Virus record (IMG/VR): IMGVR_UViG_2537562192_000019
Length of the DNA: 31,970 nucleotides
Source: a virus
Taxonomy: Duplodnaviria; Heunggongvirae; Uroviricota; Caudoviricetes
Direction: 5' to 3' (one strand)
Below the pieces are notes generated by a model, which saw only the letters and a program-made list of their open reading frames with translations, searched no databases and was not told where the DNA came from. Made by a program: the position numbers and the translations under genes. Shown here piece after piece: positions 25,125 to 31,970 of the stretch; the first letter of the stretch is position 1; every line of letters starts with the position of its first letter.

Positions 25125-28088
25125 ATGGCAGTAAAGATTTCAGGTGTACTGAAAGACGGCACAGGAAAACCGGTACAGAACTGCACAATCCAGCTGAAAG
25201 CAAAACGTAACAGCACCACGGTGGTGGTGAACACGGTGGCCTCAGAAAATCCGGATGAAGCCGGGCGTTACAGCATGGACGTTGAGTACGGTCAGTACAG
25301 CGTTATTCTGTTGGTGGAAGGATTCCCGCCGTCACATGCCGGGACCATCACCGTGTATGAAGACTCCCGACCCGGTACGCTGAATGATTTTCTCGGTGCC
25401 ATGACGGAGGATGATGCCCGGCCAGAGGCACTGCGCCGTTTTGAGCTGATGGTGGAAGAGGTGGCGCGTAACGCGTCCGCGGTGGCACAGAACACGGCAG
25501 CCGCGAAGAAGTCAGCCGGCGATGCCGGCACATCAGCCCGTGAGGCGGCAACCCATGCGACTGATGCTGCAGGCTCAGCACGCGCAGCCAGCACGTCAGC
25601 CGGACAGGCCGCGTCGTCGGCTCAGTCAGCATCTTCCAGCGCAGGAACGGCATCAACAAAGGCCAGTGAAGCATCGAAAAGTGCTGCTGCTGCAGAGTCC
25701 TCAAAAAGCGCGGCAGCTACCAGTGCCGCTGCGGCGAAAACGTCAGAAACGAATGCTTCAGCGTCACAACAATCAGCAGCCACATCTGCATCCACCGCGA
25801 CCACGAAGGCATCAGAAGCTGCGACCTCGGCCCGGGATGCGGCGGCCTCAAAAGAGGCGGCAAAATCATCAGAAACGAGCGCAGCCTCGAGCGCCAGTAG
25901 TGCAGCTTCCTCGGCAACGGCGGCAGGAAATTCCGCGAAGGCGGCAAAAACGTCCGAGACGAACGCCAGGTCTTCTGAAACGGCAGCGGGACAGAGCGCC
26001 TCAGCTGCGGCAGGCTCAAAAACAGCGGCTGCGTCGTCTGCCAGTGCAGCGTCAACAAGTGCCGGGCAGGCCTCAGCCAGTGCCACCGCCGCCGGAAAAT
26101 CGGCAGAAAGCGCTGCATTGTCCGCTTCAACAGCCACAACGAAGGCTGGCGAAGCCACTGAACAGGCCAGCGCAGCAGCGAGTTCTGCTTCCGCAGCGAA
26201 GACATCCGAAACGAACGCGAAAGCGTCGGAAACCAGCGCAGAATCCTCAAAAACGGCTGCCGCATCGTCAGCCAGTTCGGCGGCGTCATCGGCATCATCG
26301 GCGTCTGCTTCAAAAGATGAGGCGACCAGACAGGCGTCAGCAGCGAAGGGCAGCGCCACGACAGCATCCACGAAGGCGACAGAGGCAGCTGGCAGTGCGA
26401 CGGCGGCAGCACAGAGCAAAAGTACGGCGGAATCCGCGGCAACGCGCGCCGAGACAGCGGCAAAACGGGCAGAGGATATTGCATCCGCCGTGGCGCTTGA
26501 GGATGCGAGCACGACGAAAAAGGGGATAGTACAGCTCAGCAGTGCGACTAACAGCACTTCCGAGTCACTGGCGGCAACGCCAAAAGCCGTTAAGGCCGCG
26601 TATGAGCTGGCTAACGGGAAATACACCGCACAGGATGCAACGACAGCACAGAAAGGGATAGTTCAGCTTAGCAACGCGACCAACAGCACATCTGAAATGC
26701 TGGCGGCAACGCCAAAGTCGGTAAAGGCAGCCTATGACCTTGCTAACGGGAAATATACTGCTCAGGACGCTACGACAACACAAAAAGGAATTGTCCAGCT
26801 CAGTAGTGCAACCAACAGCGCATCTGAAACGCTTGCCGCGACACCGAAAGCAGTGAAAGCAGCTAATGATAATGCGAATGGTCGGGTACCTTCTGCCCGT
26901 AAGGTGAATGGTAAGGCGCTTTCAGCTGATATAACACTGACGCCGAAAGATATTGGTACTCTTAACTCAACAACAATGTCATTCAGCGGTGGTGCTGGTT
27001 GGTTCAAATTAGCAACGGTAACCATGCCACAGGCGAGTTCTGTTGTTTCAATTACGTTGATTGGTGGCGCGGGATTTAACGTGGGGTCACCTCAACAGGC
27101 AGGTATATCTGAACTTGTTTTGCGTGCAGGTAATGGTAATCCGAAGGGGATTACTGGTGCTTTATGGCAGCGCACATCGACAGGGTTTACAAATTTTGCC
27201 TGGGTCAATACATCTGGTGATACTTACGATATTTACGTTGCAATCGGAAATTATGCGACTGGTGTAAATATTCAATGGGATTATACCAGTAATGCCAGCG
27301 TGACGATTCATACGTCACCAGCATATTCTGCTAATAAGCCGGAAGGGTTAACGGACGGTACAGTTTATTCACTCTATACGCCATCAGAGCAGTTTTATCC
27401 GCCTGGCGCACCAATCCCGTGGCCATCAGATACCGTTCCGTCTGGCTATGCCCTGATGCAGGGGCAGACTTTTGACAAATCTGCATACCCGAAACTTGCA
27501 GCCGCTTATCCGTCAGGCGTGATCCCTGATATGCGTGGCTGGACGATTAAGGGCAAACCCGCCAGTGGTCGTGCCGTATTGTCTCAGGAACAGGACGGCA
27601 TTAAATCGCACACCCACAGCGCCAGCGCATCCAGTACGGATTTGGGGACGAAAAACACATCGTCGTTTGATTACGGAACCAAATCCACGAATAACACCGG
27701 GGCGCATACCCATAGTATTAGCGGGACTGCAAATAGTGCCGGTGCGCACCAACACAAGAGTTCCGGTGCATTTGGTGGCACGAACACGAGCATTTTCCCT
27801 AATGGTTATACCGCGATTTCAAATCTAAGCGCGGGGATTATGAGCACAACAAGCGGTAGTGGCCAGACTCGTAATGCAGGGAAGACATCATCAGATGGTG
27901 CTCATACCCACTCGCTGTCCGGCACTGCTGCAAGCGCAGGCGCACATGCACATACTGTCAGTATTGGTGCTCATACGCACTCCGTTGCGATTGGTTCACA
28001 TGGACACACCATCACCGTTAACGCTGCTGGTAACGCGGAAAACACCGTCAAAAACATCGCATTTAACTATATTGTGAGGCTTGCATAA
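25125..28088 (+). CDS. stf: Side tail fibre protein Stf (987 aa): lambda-like N-terminus, Ala/Ser/Thr-rich low-complexity shaft, triplicated 42-aa fibre repeat, HxH-rich C-terminal tip
   Basis: Starts [37 protein letters not shown]... (lambda Stf-like); C-terminus ...[61 protein letters not shown] matches the lambda Stf / T4 gp37-type His-x-His tip. The frame is intact. Confidence 0.93.
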   Translation: MAVKISGVLKDGTGKPVQNCTIQLKAKRNSTTVVVNTVASENPDEAGRYSMDVEYGQYSVILLVEGFPPSHAGTITVYEDSRPGTLNDFLGAMTEDDARPEALRRFELMVEEVARNASAVAQNTAAAKKSAGDAGTSAREAATHATDAAGSARAASTSAGQAASSAQSASSSAGTASTKASEASKSAAAAESSKSAAATSAAAAKTSETNASASQQSAATSASTATTKASEAATSARDAAASKEAAKSSETSAASSASSAASSATAAGNSAKAAKTSETNARSSETAAGQSASAAAGSKTAAASSASAASTSAGQASASATAAGKSAESAALSASTATTKAGEATEQASAAASSASAAKTSETNAKASETSAESSKTAAASSASSAASSASSASASKDEATRQASAAKGSATTASTKATEAAGSATAAAQSKSTAESAATRAETAAKRAEDIASAVALEDASTTKKGIVQLSSATNSTSESLAATPKAVKAAYELANGKYTAQDATTAQKGIVQLSNATNSTSEMLAATPKSVKAAYDLANGKYTAQDATTTQKGIVQLSSATNSASETLAATPKAVKAANDNANGRVPSARKVNGKALSADITLTPKDIGTLNSTTMSFSGGAGWFKLATVTMPQASSVVSITLIGGAGFNVGSPQQAGISELVLRAGNGNPKGITGALWQRTSTGFTNFAWVNTSGDTYDIYVAIGNYATGVNIQWDYTSNASVTIHTSPAYSANKPEGLTDGTVYSLYTPSEQFYPPGAPIPWPSDTVPSGYALMQGQTFDKSAYPKLAAAYPSGVIPDMRGWTIKGKPASGRAVLSQEQDGIKSHTHSASASSTDLGTKNTSSFDYGTKSTNNTGAHTHSISGTANSAGAHQHKSSGAFGGTNTSIFPNGYTAISNLSAGIMSTTSGSGQTRNAGKTSSDGAHTHSLSGTAASAGAHAHTVSIGAHTHSVAIGSHGHTITVNAAGNAENTVKNIAFNYIVRLA
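26520..26888 (+). repeat. Three tandem, diverged copies of a 126-bp (42-codon) unit inside stf
   Basis: Protein repeats KGIVQLS[SN]ATNS[TA]SE[SMT]LAATPK[AS]VKAA[YN][ED][LN]ANG... begin at about 26520, 26646 and 26772. The DNA copies differ at many synonymous positions, so the triplication is not recent. Confidence 0.75.
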
Positions 28089-28663
28089 TGGCATTCAGAA
28101 TGAGTGAACAACCACAGACCATAAAAATTTATAATCTGCTGGCCGGAACTAATGAATTTATTGGTGAAGGTGACGCATATATTCCGCCTCATACAGGTCT
28201 GCCAGCAAACAGTACCGATATTGCACCGCCAGATATTCCGGCAGGCTTCGTGGCTGTTTTCAACAGTGATGAGGCATCGTGGCATCTCGTTGAAGATCAT
28301 CGGGGAAAAACCGTCTATGACGTGGCTTCCGGCGACGCGTTATTTATTTCTGAACTCGGTCCGTTACCGGAAAATGTTACCTGGTTATCGCCGGAAGGGG
28401 AGTTTCAGAAGTGGAACGGCACAGCTTGGGTGAAGGATACGGAAGCAGAAAAACTGTTCCGGATCCGGGAGGCGGAAGAAACAAAAAACAACCTGATGCA
28501 GGTAGCCAGTGAGCATATTGCGCCGCTTCAGGATGCTGCAGATCTGGAAATTGCAACGGAGGAAGAAATCTCGTTGCTGGAAGCATGGAAAAAGTATCGG
28601 GTATTGCTGAACCGTGTTGATACGTCAACTGCACAGGATATTGAATGGCCAGCACTGCCGTAG
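28088..28663 (+). CDS. tfa: Tail fibre assembly chaperone Tfa (191 aa)
   Basis: [71 protein letters not shown]... matches lambda Tfa; TAATG overlap with the stf stop. Confidence 0.93.
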   Translation: MAFRMSEQPQTIKIYNLLAGTNEFIGEGDAYIPPHTGLPANSTDIAPPDIPAGFVAVFNSDEASWHLVEDHRGKTVYDVASGDALFISELGPLPENVTWLSPEGEFQKWNGTAWVKDTEAEKLFRIREAEETKNNLMQVASEHIAPLQDAADLEIATEEEISLLEAWKKYRVLLNRVDTSTAQDIEWPALP

Positions 28664-28760
28664 GGTAAAACATATAAATTCTATAATTAGATGTATCTTT
28701 CCATTTACGGCAAGGAAGGGGGCTTGGAACACGTAAAGCATCTCACACCGAGATTATTTT

Positions 28761-29351
28761 TTATATGTCAGGTGTCTGAAGTTTTGCTTTGGCTCTTAAA
28801 ATGGTTTGCCGCGAGGTTTTGAATTCCCGGGCAATGGCACTTATACTTACACCTGACTTAATTCGTTCGAATACCACCTGTTTCTGTTCTTCATTTAACA
28901 CAGGTGGTCGACCAAAACGTTTCCCTGCGCCGCGGGCTCTTACTATCCCGGAATGAGTGCGTTCAAGTAAAAGGTCTCGTTCAAATTCAGCGACTGCTGA
29001 AATTACTTGCATCATCATTTTTCCTGTTGGACTGGTCAGGTCAATGCCACCCAATGCCAAGCAATGCACTCTGATACCTGTTTCGGTCAGTTGTTCCACT
29101 GTTTTCCTGATATCCATTGCATTACAACCAAGGCGATCCAGTTTTGTCACAATCAATTGATCACCACATTTCAGGCGAGCAAGCAACCGGTTAAAACCAG
29201 GACGCTCACTGGTTGCTGCTGAGCCGCTAATGTGTTCTTCGATTATTTGCTGAGGTTTGATTTTAAAACCTGCACTTTCGATTTCCCGGCGTTGATTTTC
29301 GGTGGTCTGATCCAGCGTTGATATCCGACAGTAAGCAAAAATTCGAGACAT
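28761..29351 (-). CDS. pinQ: Serine recombinase, small invertase/resolvase family (Pin-like), 196 aa
   Basis: Minus-strand [32 protein letters not shown]... with the catalytic Ser in the conserved YxRxSTxxQ N-terminal motif and a C-terminal HTH ([19 protein letters not shown]). It sits right after the tail fibre genes, where Pin/Gin/Cin invertases are found in e14, Mu and P1. Confidence 0.85.
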
Positions 29352-29667
29352 AGTGAGACTCTATACGAAATTGGTGTTCATATCATAATGCATCTCAGAA
29401 AATAATTATGATTATTTTTGTGCATATTTGTATGTACACGTTCGAAAATAAACGAATGCGTATGCAACCCCGTAATTTTGGTGAGACCCAAAATTGATTT
29501 TGTGAAAAATGGCTTTAACTCGGTTTGTTTTTCGAGTTCCGGGCGGACTCAAGGAAGAAGAATAGTGTTGCGTGTTATTTTAACCAGATTTCAAGTTGTT
29601 TGGACGTGGAAAAGTGGAGCAAAATGTTGTTGAAGTGGAAAAATGATAAAAAAGTAAGTTTATTATA

Positions 29668-29901
29668 TTACATTTTACCATTTAAATTTTGGTTGTCTTT
29701 AAGAACTGATATCGCTGTTTGTAATAATTCTTTGTTATCCAGCCATGATTTTTTCTTTATGTTTCCTTCAATGTAATCAAGCAATGTTCTGGTATTAATA
29801 GGTCTTCCCTGTTTTGCTACTTCCACTACAGCATCCCCTAGGATAATTCTTACTTCAGGAAGCTGCGCAGGGAACCACTTTAGGGTGTCTTTTGATTTCA
29901 T
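29668..29901 (-). CDS. ydfK: YdfK/YnaE-family small prophage protein (77 aa)
   Basis: Minus-strand ORF 29668..29934 trimmed to the internal ATG (29899..29901), which has an AAGGA Shine-Dalgarno: MKSKDTLKWFPAQLPEVRIILGDAVVEVAKQGRPINTRTLLDYIEGNIKK... Family assignment is from memory of the K-12 Qin/Rac gene order next to pin. Confidence 0.6.
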   Translation of the reverse strand: MKSKDTLKWFPAQLPEVRIILGDAVVEVAKQGRPINTRTLLDYIEGNIKKKSWLDNKELLQTAISVLKDNQNLNGKM

Positions 29902-30686
29902 GAAGATATTCCTTAAAATATTATTGATTTTCATTGCGATATTGTATGTCTGATTCAGGATATGTTGACTTATACATCGGTTTTGTCTGGGTTATTGGAT
30001 ATGCCAATCCCTAATTTTATTAGGGCATGACTAAAAATGCTGAATATGATAAGGAGAGAAGTGATTATCAGTATGCTGTTCATATAGCCTCGAATTAGTA
30101 ATGTGTTATATATGATATAGTTGACAATTTTTATCTTGGGTGTTCTTAAAGTTCGTAGATAAACATTGTCGTTTCAGGTATACAGGAATGCTAACAGGTG
30201 GCAGCAAAAATCAGGCGGTTTATGGCGCAAGCTGAAGCGGCAACTGCAAACTATCTTATGCAGAGACTCTACACGGATTGGGTTTAAAAGTATACATAGA
30301 TAACAGTTTTTATCTGAAGAAGAAAAATATCAAGGTGATATAGCCTATATGCCTTTGATGCGGAGGAATGAATGTGATGGGAGTGATGTATCTGAATAGT
30401 TGAAAAACCGCAGACACGCCTTATGCAAGAACGTGCTGCGGTTGGCTGGTAAATTTTTCGATAGTGTGAGTATTGAATGATTTCCAGCCGTTCTTGATTT
30501 TACGCATAAATCCATGAAAAAACTACTTATCTGTTGGGGAGTTTTTTTGGGGCATATATGGGACAGAAATAGGCCCCAGATAGACACTGAGATCGAACTT
30601 AGGATGCTTTTTAAAAAATGCAACTATCTGAAAAAACCTAGAAAACGCCAAGGAAACCACAGGATGGGAAAAAACACCTGTGAATT

Positions 30687-31970
30687 ATGGATTTCCAGTT
30701 ATATTCGCTCGGCGCAGCGTTAGTGTTTCATGAAATATTTTTTCCTGAATCATCAACGGCAATGGCGTTAATTTTGGCAATGGGAACCTACGGTGCAGGT
30801 TATGTGGCGCGTATTGTCGGAGCATTTATTTTCGGCAAAATGGGCGACAGAATAGGGCGTAAAAAAGTGCTCTTTATTACCATCACCATGATGGGGATCT
30901 GTACCACCTTAATTGGTGTGTTACCGACCTATGCACAGATTGGTGTTTTTGCCCCCATCTTGCTGGTGACGCTGCGTATTATTCAGGGGTTGGGTGCAGG
31001 TGCGGAAATTTCCGGTGCCGGTACGATGCTGGCGGAATATGCACCAAAAGGTAAGCGCGGAATTATCTCCTCATTTGTAGCTATGGGAACTAACTGCGGA
31101 ACCTTGAGCGCAACGGCAATCTGGGCCTTTATGTTCTTTATTCTCAGTAAAGAGGAACTGCTGGCGTGGGGATGGCGTATACCGTTCCTGGCGAGCGTTG
31201 TCGTGATGGTCTTTGCTATCTGGTTACGTATGAATCTGAAAGAAAGCCCGGTCTTTGAGAAGGTTAATGACAGCAACCAACCCACAGCAAAACCTGCACC
31301 TGCTGGTAGCATGTTCCAGAGCAAATCCTTCTGGCTGGCAACAGGGCTGCGTTTTGGTCAGGCGGGTAACTCCGGGTTAATTCAGACTTTCCTTGCAGGC
31401 TATTTAGTGCAGACGTTATTGTTTAACAAAGCAATTCCAACAGATGCATTGATGATTAGTTCGATTCTCGGCTTTATGACCATTCCGTTCCTTGGTTGGT
31501 TATCCGATAAAATTGGTCGCCGGATCCCGTATATTATTATGAATACCTCCGCGATTGTGCTGGCATGGCCAATGCTTTCTATCATTGTAGATAAAAGCTA
31601 TGCCCCGAGCACCATTATGGTTGCACTGATTGTGATTCATAACTGTGCGGTGCTGGGATTATTTGCTCTGGAAAACATTACCATGGCAGAAATGTTCGGC
31701 TGTAAAAACCGCTTTACCCGGATGGCTATTTCTAAAGAAATTGGTGGTATTATCGCTTCCGGTTTTGGTCCTATCCTGGCGGGTATTTTCTGCACCATGA
31801 CGGAATCCTGGTATCCGATCGCCATTATGATCATGGCATATTCAGTAATTGGTTTAATCTCTGCGCTGAAAATGCCAGAGGTGAAAGACCGTGATTTAAG
31901 TGCGCTGGAAGACGCTGCGGAAGATCAACCGCGTGTTGTAAGAGCTGCGCAACCTTCCAGAAGTCTGTAA
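30687..31970 (+). CDS. ydfJ: MFS transporter (metabolite:H+ symporter-like), apparently N-terminally truncated host gene at the prophage junction
   Basis: 427-aa ORF with multiple TM segments. The MFS signature GxxxDRxGRKK occurs at residues about 51..59, whereas it normally follows TM2 at about residue 70..90, and an in-frame stop lies 3 nt upstream of the ATG. This fits a 5'-truncated MFS gene. The ORF ends at the last base of the window. Confidence 0.8.
   Translation: MDFQLYSLGAALVFHEIFFPESSTAMALILAMGTYGAGYVARIVGAFIFGKMGDRIGRKKVLFITITMMGICTTLIGVLPTYAQIGVFAPILLVTLRIIQGLGAGAEISGAGTMLAEYAPKGKRGIISSFVAMGTNCGTLSATAIWAFMFFILSKEELLAWGWRIPFLASVVVMVFAIWLRMNLKESPVFEKVNDSNQPTAKPAPAGSMFQSKSFWLATGLRFGQAGNSGLIQTFLAGYLVQTLLFNKAIPTDALMISSILGFMTIPFLGWLSDKIGRRIPYIIMNTSAIVLAWPMLSIIVDKSYAPSTIMVALIVIHNCAVLGLFALENITMAEMFGCKNRFTRMAISKEIGGIIASGFGPILAGIFCTMTESWYPIAIMIMAYSVIGLISALKMPEVKDRDLSALEDAAEDQPRVVRAAQPSRSL

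Noticed and set aside
25522-26626. Long overlapping ORFs in other frames and on the minus strand across the stf Ala/Ser-rich region (25522..26529 +, 25622..26626 -, 25717..26484 -)
   Set aside because: These are artefacts of the GCx/TCx codon-repeat low-complexity region of the genuine stf frame; their products are Arg/Gln/Pro-rich or poly-Ala nonsense.
28690-28715. TTCC...GGAA partial palindrome between tfa and pin as a gix/hix-like invertase site
   Set aside because: It lacks the AAACC/GGTTT half-site core of Gin/Hin-type sites and no inverted partner was found.

Overview
This window is the late-gene half of a lambdoid prophage plus its right-hand host junction, apparently an intact-architecture relative of the E. 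coli K-12 Qin element inserted in the MFS transporter gene ydfJ. All protein identifications are from reading the translations against remembered lambda, phage 21 and K-12 sequences; nothing was database-checked. In order: a phage-21-type lysis cassette (pinholin, frameshifted ydfR-like gene, SAR endolysin, Rz with embedded Rz1); a small moron cluster (cspI-like cold-shock gene, GnsB-like gene, and a minus-strand pair of an RHH-like protein and a DUF1398 protein); lambda cosN; a near-complete lambda-type head and tail gene set (nu1 through J); lom, stf, tfa; a Pin-family serine invertase; a ydfK-like gene; and N-terminally truncated ydfJ. No integrase, rRNA, tRNA or CRISPR array was seen. The main irregularities are an IS3-family element (1259 bp, 3-bp GAT duplication) inserted in the T extension of the G-T tail chaperone, and three single-base homopolymer frameshifts (terminase large subunit A, ydfR-like gene, IS orfB) that could be real decay or sequencing errors. 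I did not find a clear-cut novel multi-gene system; the best candidates for uncharacterised function are the RHH/DUF1398 pair next to cos, an unannotated zinc-ribbon reading frame after cspI, the diverged J C-terminus and the orphan invertase region.
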